From the IMG/VR virus record IMGVR_UViG_3300035696_002535: a DNA stretch of 64,000 nt. One strand, given 5' to 3'. The notes beneath the pieces are model-generated. The model worked only from the letters and a program-made list of their open reading frames with translations, was not told where the DNA came from and did not search any database. Position numbers and translations under genes: made by a program. The DNA comes from a virus (taxonomy: Duplodnaviria; Heunggongvirae; Uroviricota; Caudoviricetes). Shown here piece by piece: positions 33,429 to 42,851 of this stretch; positions within the stretch are counted from its first letter, which is position 1, and every line of letters begins with the position of its first letter.

Positions 33429-35314
33429 TTAGCCTCCGAATTAAGAGCCTTATTCTTCAGCTCATGATATTTTTTAGTGAAATAGGCTTCTCCTATGTAA
33501 TCACGAAAATCCCACCCGAAGACTCGACGGGTTAAACCCAGAATAGGAGGAGCCTGGACTCTTTTAACGACACTCATCCCTTTGAACAGTTTATACCATC
33601 GTTCCAGATCATCCGTGAATGTTTTTACAGTAGGAAATAGTTTGTATACATCTTCAGATGTCCCAAGTTTTTCATTGATGGTTTTATCCAAATACCACTG
33701 AAGGTTCTCTTCTGGAGTTACTCTGTACCACCACTGTTGCCAGGATTCAAAAAGTTTATCATGGTACCAGTAAATGAGGGGATCACCTTTACCTTCATCT
33801 ACGTTTTGTTCCGAAGAAAGTTCGGCAGAGGGGGTAACTGTGAAAGCTTCTTCCGGTATATAGTTTTTGATTTCATTTAACTCTCGCCCTATCTCATATA
33901 CTTGGTGTTTCCACAAATCACCAAGGGGAGCAAAAAAGCCACTGTTGTCGCCCCCTAGGGTACAGTATCCCACGCAACTTTCAGTTTTATTCGAATTACA
34001 AGTAAAAACTCCACCCCAGGCCGAGGCCAATGCAGCAAGGATCCTAGAGGATCTGTCACGAGCTTGGACGTTCTCCAAGTCAAACGAGGTTAGAGCCAGT
34101 GCCTTATAAGAACCTGTAGAAGAGTTCAGTCTAACTTTAACACCTTTTTCCTGCTGATAGACAGTAAGTCCATCAATATACTGTTTAGTTAGGTCAACCG
34201 AACTCTCTATAGGTATAATAGTATAATAGCATCCAATGTTTTTAGCTAGTTCCTCAGCAATGTTTCTAGTTGTTTTTGAGTTCCACCTAGTTGGCATATT
34301 CACCAACAGGAGATTCTCAGGTCCTACAACCTGGGCAGCAAGCGAGGCAACCACCGAAGAGTCTATTCCACCGGACACCCCAACAACCACCTTATTCGTT
34401 TTGCAAAGCTCTAGGAATTTTCTGAAACCATATTTCATAGCTGCTACGGTTTCTTTACTGCCTGTTGGAATAGAATAGCTTTTAGAGACAGGAAAAAGGT
34501 TGTTATTTTTGTATTCTACATAATAAAGGCCTTCTTCAAACATAGGAGCTTGAAAAACGGGCTCGCCATAGGAGTTATAGGCTACAGAAGAGCCATCAAA
34601 GGTATACACGCTTTTTCCTACGTTTTGTAAACCTGTAGCATTTAAATATATAAGAGGAGTTTTTTTGGCTTTAGCATGGCCCTGTCCGAATACTCTATCT
34701 CTGGCTTTGTTTTTTTCATAAGTATAGGGAGAGCAAGAACAATTAATTATAAGTTGGGCTCCTCTTTTAACAAACTCTTCAACTGGGCAAACAGGGTAGT
34801 CTTTACCTTTAGTCTCACACCAAAGATCCTCGCACACTGTAAAAGCAATCTCAGTCCCTTGAATAGTGTGAGGAGTAAAATAATCAGCACTATACAATTC
34901 CATGGAAGACGTAAAATGTCTTGGTTCATCAAATTCTCTATAGTTGGGAAGAAGGGCTTTGATGTAATAAGGATGCATTACTGTATGGTGTAGGTTGGGT
35001 CCTACCCAATTAATAACATTAAAAAGTTTAGGTCTTCCGTCTTTGTGTATCCCTTTACCTTTTTTTATATTACCATAAACAACTATGATTTCCTTGGAGG
35101 CCTCTTCAATATCCCTGTTATAACCTTCGCAATCTTCAATAAAAGAGAGTTCCTCCCACTGATCCCCAATAAGATATCCAGGTATGAATAGCTCTGGGGC
35201 AATGATCATATCGGCTTTAGCTTCTATAGCTTTGGGTATATATTCCAATAGCTTGGCACAATTTAAGTCAGGTCTTCCGGGGACACTCTCAAGTTGAGCA
35301 AGAGCAATTTTCAT
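33425..35314 (-). CDS. nadE: glutamine-dependent NAD+ synthetase (N-terminal nitrilase/CN-hydrolase domain + NAD synthetase domain)
   Basis: 'MKIALAQL' CN-hydrolase start and a PP-loop 'VVGVSGGIDSSVVASLA'. At 629 aa it is typical of two-domain NadE. Confidence 0.85.
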   Translation of the reverse strand: MKIALAQLESVPGRPDLNCAKLLEYIPKAIEAKADMIIAPELFIPGYLIGDQWEELSFIEDCEGYNRDIEEASKEIIVVYGNIKKGKGIHKDGRPKLFNVINWVGPNLHHTVMHPYYIKALLPNYREFDEPRHFTSSMELYSADYFTPHTIQGTEIAFTVCEDLWCETKGKDYPVCPVEEFVKRGAQLIINCSCSPYTYEKNKARDRVFGQGHAKAKKTPLIYLNATGLQNVGKSVYTFDGSSVAYNSYGEPVFQAPMFEEGLYYVEYKNNNLFPVSKSYSIPTGSKETVAAMKYGFRKFLELCKTNKVVVGVSGGIDSSVVASLAAQVVGPENLLLVNMPTRWNSKTTRNIAEELAKNIGCYYTIIPIESSVDLTKQYIDGLTVYQQEKGVKVRLNSSTGSYKALALTSFDLENVQARDRSSRILAALASAWGGVFTCNSNKTESCVGYCTLGGDNSGFFAPLGDLWKHQVYEIGRELNEIKNYIPEEAFTVTPSAELSSEQNVDEGKGDPLIYWYHDKLFESWQQWWYRVTPEENLQWYLDKTINEKLGTSEDVYKLFPTVKTFTDDLERWYKLFKGMSVVKRVQAPPILGLTRRVFGWDFRDYIGEAYFTKKYHELKNKALNSEAK

Positions 35315-35330
35315 AAAACGCCTTTACTTT

Positions 35331-36620
35331 TTAAGTACATCTGTGTGCTTTTAATATCTCGTATACCCTTCCAGGAGAACATTTTAAAAGTTTTGATATC
35401 TCAAATCTGTCTAGACGTTGTTTATGAAGACTTAGAATCCTATTTACGTCTATTTTGTTCTTACTCACCAAAGTGATACTCTTTTCTAAAATTTCTTTCT
35501 CATTGTCTTTTATGAAACCCACATCCGTATGCTCTATTTGATGGCAATTTCGGCACAGTACTGTGCACTTGTTTAACTCCTCTTTCACTTCCTCAGGGAT
35601 ATCATCTACGGTTTTCCAAACTTCGTCTATAATGTTATTACTTATCTTGAATGTTTTAGTTGTGTCATCTGTATGGTGAAACTCAAGAGAATCCAGACAT
35701 TTATTATATCCACAATAAGCACATCCACGGATATTTTTATACTCTAGACAAAGCTTTTTATTTAATATACTGCTATCTCTCTTCCTGTCTAAATGAAGCT
35801 CTCGGTGGCAATTTTGGCATAGTAAATCACATTTTTTGGCTTCTTCAAGTAGTTGCTCATATCTGACTTTACTCAATCTGGTGATATTGTCTTTTTTATC
35901 TTTCGGATTTCTGTGATGAAAGCATAGTACCCAAAATCTATCCTCAGAGCAAACCTGACATTTCCCTCCAGTATCCCTCACAAGTTTTAATTTTTTGGCC
36001 CAAATAAGAATTCTTCTGTTCTTGTTGTCCCTCCCCGTATCCCTACTTACTTTATTTCTTTTGTACACAGGAGTTGTTCTAACATAAGGTACTTTTTGTT
36101 TGCGACTTTTTTCTATAGCACAAAGTCTGCAACCTTTCCTCTTAGAAACATGGTTATTTGGTGTTTGAAAAAAGCTACCATGTATTTTACAAATAATTTC
36201 TACTTTGGTTAAAGCCGTTTTGTAGTGTACTCTACTATAGTCATATTTATTCCCGTGGACAGACACGGCATTTTCAAAGAACTTATCAGCAAAAGGTTTT
36301 ATATCAATTTTTTTACGGCAAAAAGGGCACCCCTGCCCTTTGTAGTGATTTCCTGGAGTAACTTCAAATTCCCCGTGTGTTTTACATAAAATTTTTAATT
36401 TCTTATGCCTTCCAGTGTAAACGGATTCGCTATAATCATATTTGTTTCCGTGTATCTCTCGTGCTTTAGCAGTAAAAAAATCAATGTCTTTCTTCTTCAT
36501 TTTTTGTTTGAACGGTTGGGTTAAGGATTGTTTTAACATCATATCCTCGTTTTTCGCACCATTCCCGTATAGCCTGCTCTGTAATTGCGAAGATCTTGAG
36601 TCCCTCTTTTTCAGACACAT
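35331..36620 (-). CDS. HNH homing endonuclease-like protein with two HNH motifs and duplicated N-terminal 'GNKYDYS...C..HG.F...P..H..G.GC..C' modules (true start likely near 36500)
   Basis: 'CQVCSEDRFWVLCFHHRNP...CQNCHRELH' and 'CAYCGY...LEFHHTDD...CRNCHQIEH'. Confidence 0.6.
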   Translation of the reverse strand: MCLKKRDSRSSQLQSRLYGNGAKNEDMMLKQSLTQPFKQKMKKKDIDFFTAKAREIHGNKYDYSESVYTGRHKKLKILCKTHGEFEVTPGNHYKGQGCPFCRKKIDIKPFADKFFENAVSVHGNKYDYSRVHYKTALTKVEIICKIHGSFFQTPNNHVSKRKGCRLCAIEKSRKQKVPYVRTTPVYKRNKVSRDTGRDNKNRRILIWAKKLKLVRDTGGKCQVCSEDRFWVLCFHHRNPKDKKDNITRLSKVRYEQLLEEAKKCDLLCQNCHRELHLDRKRDSSILNKKLCLEYKNIRGCAYCGYNKCLDSLEFHHTDDTTKTFKISNNIIDEVWKTVDDIPEEVKEELNKCTVLCRNCHQIEHTDVGFIKDNEKEILEKSITLVSKNKIDVNRILSLHKQRLDRFEISKLLKCSPGRVYEILKAHRCT

Positions 36621-36837
36621 ATTGACAGAATTTTAAGGTCTCCTGACTGCAGGCTAGTCTACAGTTTTTAGCAACCGTCTTCATAACCGTCCCTTTCTAT
36701 ACTTAATATACGCTTATGTAGTTCAAATATTTACATAAAAATGAATTATTTTGCATTATTCCCTTGGATAACTTCGATCTGAGCCATCGCAATTTTCATT
36801 GAGATATCCTTAATAAGTAAGAGGGATAGCCTTTCTA

Positions 36838-36852
36838 CAATATACTTTTTAG
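36838..36852 (-). promoter_or_regulatory. promoter-like motif caatatactttttag
   Basis: In the 36685-36874 gap upstream of the minus-strand HNH region. Confidence 0.3.
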
Positions 36853-36874
36853 CTAATGTCTATCCAACATATTT

Positions 36875-37261
36875 TTATTCCTCGGACGAAGCCTCAAGGT
36901 CTGCTTCATCTGGCTTAAAAGTCTTTGGGATACTCATAACTAAATCACCAAAATCATAGGTAACTTTAATCCCCTCTATTCTTTTGAGGTAGGTGGCTAT
37001 CTCTGTGTCCGTGGCTCCCTGTTCTTTTGCTTTTTTCACGACTTCTTTTGGCGAAGAATAGTACCCCTCTGGATGAGCGTACTGTCTTCCTGATTCCGGT
37101 TTTCTTTTTGAGAAAAGAACTATGTTGTAGTTATCCCGGGTGACACGCAGAGTGTCGTTTAGGTGAATGAAAAAGCCTTGAAGCTCCTTCTTATTCTCTG
37201 CGCGTTTCTGTAATCTCTTCTCAACTGTTTCGGCCTTAGCTAAATGAGAGCCTCTAGGCAT
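36875..37261 (-). CDS. hypothetical protein
   Basis: 128 aa ORF. Confidence 0.4.
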   Translation of the reverse strand: MPRGSHLAKAETVEKRLQKRAENKKELQGFFIHLNDTLRVTRDNYNIVLFSKRKPESGRQYAHPEGYYSSPKEVVKKAKEQGATDTEIATYLKRIEGIKVTYDFGDLVMSIPKTFKPDEADLEASSEE

Positions 37262-37889
37262 TTTTTCTCCTTAGGTTGAAGGATCTCCACTCTTTGATAT
37301 CCAGGAATCCCATTTCTTCCAGCCACTCGAGATAGATATCGTTTATCTCCTGCATCTTTCCTAAACTCTCGTTCGGTATCTCAGGTAGTTTCATGCCCTT
37401 CCTTTTAAAAAGTTCATCTAATATAACAAACCAACAACAAATTTCCAAGGGCTCCTTTAGCATCTCCTCCATAATAAAAGGCAACACAGTGTTGATGCCA
37501 AGAGCGACTAATTTTTCACCAGAGGGGGTGAGAGGATTAGAAGGACAGACAGCACAATATCTAGACTCATTCCACCAGGCCTGCTTCAGTTCTTCAAAGG
37601 TAGGTCTGAAAGCCTCAAGTCTTTCCTCCGCTTCTTTATATCGCTTCTCAAGACCTACAGCATCCACCCCGTCCATATAATCCCCTATCTGAACAACTTC
37701 AGGTGTGGCTCTTATACAGGCGTCACATATCCCTATCTGGTAGACGCCTCCATCGTACATGCTACCATAAGGGGCGTGCAATCTTTCTACGACCCCACCG
37801 TCGACCTCTTCATAGTCCTCACCATCCAAAGACTTCAACTCTTTACCGCACTTGATGCACTTGACTGGGGGAATAAAAGGGAATTTCAT
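37254..37889 (-). CDS. hypothetical protein with CxxC..CxxC
   Basis: 'CIKCGKEL...CDACIRA'. Confidence 0.4.
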   Translation of the reverse strand: MKFPFIPPVKCIKCGKELKSLDGEDYEEVDGGVVERLHAPYGSMYDGGVYQIGICDACIRATPEVVQIGDYMDGVDAVGLEKRYKEAEERLEAFRPTFEELKQAWWNESRYCAVCPSNPLTPSGEKLVALGINTVLPFIMEEMLKEPLEICCWFVILDELFKRKGMKLPEIPNESLGKMQEINDIYLEWLEEMGFLDIKEWRSFNLRRKNA

Positions 37890-37891
37890 AT

Positions 37892-38551
37892 CTACTCCTT
37901 TATTTTTATTCCAGTGAGTTTAAAGACACTGTCTACCGAGACCCTGTGCCCACCAATCCCAATTGGCTCAGACTCATCGTTGTCGAAAACGAACGCTTCG
38001 TATTTTCCCGTATTTTTTGTGAAGAGTACTTTCCAGCACCTTGTCGGAACTGTCACGATCCCGATCTTTTTAAGGGAACCAATCGAGCCACTCCACACAC
38101 AAACACTGTCGTTAGCCAGAACATCCTTACGTGTATACTCCTCAAGGCTTTTCCAATCTCCTCTGTTCAATCTAGGAGCCTGTGGAGTTATGTTCGAGAA
38201 ATAAAAGCATTGCACAAGACCATTTACAAAGCATTCATTATCAAAGGCGTCCATGTTATGACCACGATCATATCCGCTTCCCACATAATATCTATCTAGA
38301 TTCGTATAGTTCGGGAGAAGAGGATCCGGAGTAAACTTGTTTCCCCGTTTTAATCTGATCGGGCATGTCAGCATGCTTTTCGTATCCCACCACTGGACCA
38401 GAATAGGATAGAACTTGACGGTGTCGAAAACGGCAGTATAGAAATCATGCTTTAAAATAACAACACCTTGGGGCGTTTGTTCCTGGGCTTTAACCTGACC
38501 GCAGGAAATAACGGACAATGCAAGAGACAGTGATAGAATAAAGAGTTTCAT
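37892..38551 (-). CDS. secreted DNA/RNA non-specific endonuclease (NucA/EndA His-Me finger family)
   Basis: Signal peptide 'MKLFILSLSLALSVISC' and the catalytic motif 'GSGYDRGHNMD' (DRGH). Confidence 0.65.
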   Translation of the reverse strand: MKLFILSLSLALSVISCGQVKAQEQTPQGVVILKHDFYTAVFDTVKFYPILVQWWDTKSMLTCPIRLKRGNKFTPDPLLPNYTNLDRYYVGSGYDRGHNMDAFDNECFVNGLVQCFYFSNITPQAPRLNRGDWKSLEEYTRKDVLANDSVCVWSGSIGSLKKIGIVTVPTRCWKVLFTKNTGKYEAFVFDNDESEPIGIGGHRVSVDSVFKLTGIKIKE

Positions 38552-39180
38552 TTTGGTTTCTCCACTTTCTTCCAGATAATAGTAACAGGTTGTTTAGGTT
38601 CTATCATCCATTCCTCACCATAAAATCTTTTTCTAGTCTCGTTCCCGTCTCGAAGGACAGACTGATCAGAAGCAGTAGGTATCTTTCTTAGCGCGATGGT
38701 AAGCATTGCAATAGCGTGTAATTTTAGCTCATAATCGTGGATGGCCTCGGATAGGTTATCACATTTATTCCAGCAAATTGGTTCATATCTGAATACTAAA
38801 AACAGTTCATTATCTGAACTACTTTCATTTGCATGTATGCTCCATAGAGTATTCTTTATAGCATCCTCAAGTAGTTTATAAACTTCGGGATTTGTATTAT
38901 AAAAGGCAACTTGAGTCCATTTTGAGTGGGACTTGGGCTCCTCTTCACCCACATAACTATAGCCACAGCAGCTAAAAGAGGTCCGTAGACCTATACGATT
39001 AAGCTCCATCACAAGAGGCCGTATGGGTCTATCTATAGAATCTAGGACCGATCTTTTGTCCGCGTCTTTATTTAATTTTTTGTTTCGATCCTCAATATCT
39101 TTAAACTCAGGAAGCTTGTCTGCAGGCCTTGTGTCAATTTTTTCTTTTTCAAGTTTTTCATAGGAAATCTCGTTGTTCAT
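38548..39180 (-). CDS. hypothetical protein
   Basis: 210 aa ORF. Confidence 0.4.
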   Translation of the reverse strand: MNNEISYEKLEKEKIDTRPADKLPEFKDIEDRNKKLNKDADKRSVLDSIDRPIRPLVMELNRIGLRTSFSCCGYSYVGEEEPKSHSKWTQVAFYNTNPEVYKLLEDAIKNTLWSIHANESSSDNELFLVFRYEPICWNKCDNLSEAIHDYELKLHAIAMLTIALRKIPTASDQSVLRDGNETRKRFYGEEWMIEPKQPVTIIWKKVEKPK

Positions 39181-39191
39181 TTATTGCCTTT

Positions 39192-40619
39192 CTAGTATAT
39201 CCTCGATGACCAGCTGTCTACACCGAAGCCCTCCCGTGATACCCAACGTTTAATTATAGACATTTCTTTTTCCGTAGGCCCCCTGTTGTTGAGCCCTCTT
39301 ATCTGATTAAGACGTTTTCCGGAGATCTCTATAGTAAGATGTTTGAATAATCCTGTGTGATCTTGTCTGGTCAAAGACCATATAGAGCTTCTTCCTGAAG
39401 CACAAGACCCAGCATAACTGGCTACGCAATGGTGCATAGCTCTTCCTTCGGAGGACAGCTCCCTACTACTGAGGAGCTCTGTAATCCTCCAAAATTTAAC
39501 GTTCCTGCTTTCATTAGAGCCTTCTTGGAATTCGAAATCTTTAGAAGAAGAATGCTCCCAGTGTTGGTCTCCTCCCTTTTTTTCTTTGCCGAGCTGCCTG
39601 TGCCATCTTTCAACCTGAGCCATAAGGGATTCAACAGTACGGCCAGTCATAGAGAAATTAGGTTGAGGAGGACCACGGTGCTCGATCTGTCCACGGCCAA
39701 CAAAAATTGTTTGATTCTCATATTTTTGATTCCAGATATAATCTACTATAGGTCCCACTTGTGCAAGATCCAACATGGGGTTGGCTATAAAGAACCTGAT
39801 TATCGATAGGCAAAAATCGTCAAGGGTTGTACCACTGTAAAGTTTGGATCCAATAACAGCTTCCGTGAGCCGTGGAGTTCCACCCATAGCCATAACCTGC
39901 CCGAATCTCCAAGCCTTTTTGAAATCATAATTACTTGGTGCCTGCATAAAAAAATGAGCCATTTTCTTTGTACAGGGATAGCGTTCGAGGAATCCTGGGG
40001 CTGTCATGATATTTTTACCTTGAGCTACATGAATGTACCAATCATGCTCTACCCCATTGTCTCTTGTCCACACCTGATCGAAAAAATCTGGTACTTCGTA
40101 TTTTGCCAAGACATGATGCACAAAAGAAAGAAATTGTCTCTCAGCATTATAAGTATTTGGCTTCCAGGTCTCCCATGGACGTATCCAAGAATCCTTCTTC
40201 ACTATTAACCTTGCCAAAGGAAATATAAATATACCTCTCTCGAGTATCTTTGTCTTTTTATCGAAAAAGGCCAGGATGTCCAAGAAAGCTTCTTTATCGA
40301 TGTACAAAAATTCAGGATGTTCTTTTTCATGATATATCTTGGCCACGCAATTGAATTTGGAATGTCTGAATTCTGAGGTTCCGGATCGGATAAGTTCTAT
40401 GGCTTTTTTTGTCGTCAGTTTTGAGTTGTCTCTTAGTATTTCACGGACAGCAACATCCCTATTTATAAATTCTATCTCTTTGTTAAGTTGCGCTTTGCTC
40501 TTATTTATAGCCGTACTGAATCCGTGTTTTTCACACCACGACAGGTAGGAGGAAATGTCGGAGGCACCGACCAAGTCGAGGTGTCGCTTGTATTCAGCTA
40601 CATTTATCTTTGTTCCCAT
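39192..40619 (-). CDS. hypothetical 475 aa protein, possibly PcfJ-like
   Basis: The C-terminal 'EGRAMHHCVASYAGSC...IWSL...ERLTIEI' is reminiscent of PcfJ-like proteins; weak. Confidence 0.3.
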   Translation of the reverse strand: MGTKINVAEYKRHLDLVGASDISSYLSWCEKHGFSTAINKSKAQLNKEIEFINRDVAVREILRDNSKLTTKKAIELIRSGTSEFRHSKFNCVAKIYHEKEHPEFLYIDKEAFLDILAFFDKKTKILERGIFIFPLARLIVKKDSWIRPWETWKPNTYNAERQFLSFVHHVLAKYEVPDFFDQVWTRDNGVEHDWYIHVAQGKNIMTAPGFLERYPCTKKMAHFFMQAPSNYDFKKAWRFGQVMAMGGTPRLTEAVIGSKLYSGTTLDDFCLSIIRFFIANPMLDLAQVGPIVDYIWNQKYENQTIFVGRGQIEHRGPPQPNFSMTGRTVESLMAQVERWHRQLGKEKKGGDQHWEHSSSKDFEFQEGSNESRNVKFWRITELLSSRELSSEGRAMHHCVASYAGSCASGRSSIWSLTRQDHTGLFKHLTIEISGKRLNQIRGLNNRGPTEKEMSIIKRWVSREGFGVDSWSSRIY

Positions 40620-40626
40620 ATATAGT

Positions 40627-40641
40627 AATATACTTTTTCGA
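40627..40641 (-). promoter_or_regulatory. promoter-like motif taatatactttttcg in a divergent promoter region (40620-40784)
   Basis: 8 nt upstream of the start at 40619. A forward 'GGTATATTATT' lies 12 nt before the plus-strand gene at 40785. Confidence 0.4.
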
Positions 40642-40784
40642 GAATACAGCTAAAACAACTTTTTTCAGGATTTTAATAATTAAAACATGTCCAGGCCTCT
40701 TATCTCATATTTAAGCGTTAAAGTAAGAAAGACATAGAATAAATACGACTTTAAAAAAACCTCGACGGTTAGGTATATTATTCT

Positions 40785-41045
40785 ATGGCTATCGATAACT
40801 CATACCGTTTCTTCAATAATGCTCCCTTCTGTGAGTACTGGCCGTGTCATACCGGTATCCCCACAGAAGACTTTAACTGCAAGTTCTGCCTATGCCCATG
40901 TTACGCCTATGAAAACTGTGGAGGAAACTATACTGTTGAAAAAGATATAAAAGACTGCAGTGAATGTATACTGCCGCATAGAGCTGAAAACTATGAGGTC
41001 ATCATAGACTTTTTAAAAAAGAATGGAGCTCCGATACAAAAATGA
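40785..41045 (+). CDS. cysteine-rich small domain protein
   Basis: 'CEYWPCHTG...CKFCLCPCYAYENCGG...CSEC' matches the Cys-rich small domain pattern. Confidence 0.5.
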   Translation: MAIDNSYRFFNNAPFCEYWPCHTGIPTEDFNCKFCLCPCYAYENCGGNYTVEKDIKDCSECILPHRAENYEVIIDFLKKNGAPIQK

Positions 41046-41440
41046 GTACGTCTTTTATTAAACCTAAAAAAATTAAAAGATATAAGACCTTAGATAAACT
41101 GATGGCTTTTTTCTTTGGCTGTAAGGAATCTCAAGTGTCAGAATTCAGCTTAGGTGGAACAAACGAGGAGTCCAATAAAAACTACGTTTTGACTTATAAG
41201 AAATTCAAGGAAAATGCAGAGATCCAAGGAATATGGGGCTTTATAAAGGAAGATAAAGTTATGCATGTGTGGTTCAAAGAAAATATTCCAATAGAAGACT
41301 TAGTCATATTCATAGCCCATGAAGCTGGGCATTTAAACGGACGTCAATACAAAGATATTATGAAAGAAGAAAAGAAAGCCAAGCTTTTTGAAGAGGTAGC
41401 CATCTACGCTTATAAAAACGCTCTAAAAATCTTAGTATAA
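41042..41440 (+). CDS. small HExxH zinc metallopeptidase-like protein
   Basis: 'FIAHEAGHLNG'. Confidence 0.35.
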   Translation: MSTSFIKPKKIKRYKTLDKLMAFFFGCKESQVSEFSLGGTNEESNKNYVLTYKKFKENAEIQGIWGFIKEDKVMHVWFKENIPIEDLVIFIAHEAGHLNGRQYKDIMKEEKKAKLFEEVAIYAYKNALKILV

Positions 41441-41447
41441 GGGGTTC

Positions 41448-42101
41448 GTGACAATGGAAAAAAGATTCCTCGTAAAAAACAAAAACTGGAAATCTTATCT
41501 CGCAGCAGGGGAGGATATCAGAGAAGGGACCATACCAACAGAAGTAAACGTCTTTATAACAGAGCACACTACTCTCGGCAGCGATTATAAAAGATATCTG
41601 CTAAACATAGACGGAGTTTTTAACCAAGGGATACCAAATGAAGAGTGGGAGGAGCTCCAAAAGGCTCTTAACAATAAAGCAAGAGTTAAGGTAAAGGTTA
41701 TAAGTATATCTGGAAATCTGGTTAAAGCAGAGTTAAATGTAATAAAGGGTACCAGTTCTTTCTCCTATCTGATTCTGGAAGAAGATGCAGAGAAACTTCT
41801 TAAGATATGCACTGAGCCTGTATTGACGTATTCTAAATACGAATTTGGAGTGAAAAAGCAGTATTGGACTGATGACTACCAAATCTGGTGGATCAAGGAG
41901 TACTCAGGTCCTTATACTGGTTTGGTTCTAACCGGAGTTGAGATTAAAAATCCTTCGGAGGAGTTGACTATCCCGGATTGGGCTGGATCAGAGATAGCCC
42001 AGGATCAGAATGATATAGAAACAGATATGCTTTTGATTAAGCCTTCTAAAATACAACAAGTTCTGGCTAACTCAAAAGCTCCAGCTTATAAGGTGGATTA
42101 G
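41448..42101 (+). CDS. hypothetical protein
   Basis: 217 aa ORF. Confidence 0.4.
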   Translation: MTMEKRFLVKNKNWKSYLAAGEDIREGTIPTEVNVFITEHTTLGSDYKRYLLNIDGVFNQGIPNEEWEELQKALNNKARVKVKVISISGNLVKAELNVIKGTSSFSYLILEEDAEKLLKICTEPVLTYSKYEFGVKKQYWTDDYQIWWIKEYSGPYTGLVLTGVEIKNPSEELTIPDWAGSEIAQDQNDIETDMLLIKPSKIQQVLANSKAPAYKVD

Positions 42102-42102
42102 T

Positions 42103-42642
42103 ATGTTTCCAATGCTGGTAATAATACTCTCTATTTTATCTGTACTAGTTATTTGTATAATAGCTTTTTCCAATATCGCGGACAGGATAGAAAAACACAA
42201 ACATACAACGAACAAACTGGATTTATCTGACATAATCAAAAACGAAAGAAAGACAATTAGGCAAGCCTTAGTAAGCACTATCGAATCTCATTTGCCTAAG
42301 AGTTCTAAGTCCAGAAACATTAACAATGATACACGCCTGAGCGGAACTACTGGTGTAGTTGGACAGAAAGGATATCACGGGAGCACAGGTATAGTTGGAA
42401 CAAACTGCCTCTCAGGGATTACTGGAACAATTATTATCCCAAGAGCGACTACCAGCAGTCTTACTCTTTCTGGTGTCGGTAAGGATAGGAGAGTAGTGGG
42501 AACCAAATATGACCCACGAGGAGCTACTAGAACTGAATCGGATCCGCGAGGAGCTACTGGAACTGAGGTGGTTATAAAAACTATTTCAGAGGCTCAACGA
42601 AGCGCAGATATATTCAACATTATAGATAGCATGTGGAAATAA
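42103..42642 (+). CDS. membrane-anchored protein with collagen-like Gly-X-Y triplets
   Basis: N-terminal TM 'MFPMLVIILSILSVLVICIIAF'; 'GTTGVVGQKGYHGSTGIVGTN..GITGTI'. Confidence 0.45.
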   Translation: MFPMLVIILSILSVLVICIIAFSNIADRIEKHKHTTNKLDLSDIIKNERKTIRQALVSTIESHLPKSSKSRNINNDTRLSGTTGVVGQKGYHGSTGIVGTNCLSGITGTIIIPRATTSSLTLSGVGKDRRVVGTKYDPRGATRTESDPRGATGTEVVIKTISEAQRSADIFNIIDSMWK

Positions 42643-42851
42643 CCCTATAGCTATTTTTCCCCCTTAGAAAGAATTTTGTAATAATCTATGCATATACGCA
42701 CTTGTATGTATGCGTAGATACAATTTCTTTTTTCCAGAAGATCTAATAGAAGAACTTAAGGAGCTATCCAAAAAGACGGGTGCTCCTATGTCCGAGTTAT
42801 TACGCCGTTCTTTAAAAGAGTATCTGGATAATATAAAAAAGGACAATACTA

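Noticed and set aside
36481-36684. 67 aa minus ORF
   Set aside because: Overlaps the 5' extension of the HNH endonuclease ORF by about 140 nt. It is unclear which is real, and it is not listed as a separate feature.
40785-41045. Cys-rich 86 aa ORF as a RiPP precursor peptide
   Set aside because: The cysteine spacing matches a conserved stand-alone Cys-rich small domain rather than a leader/core peptide. It is kept only as a low-interest finding together with its neighbours.
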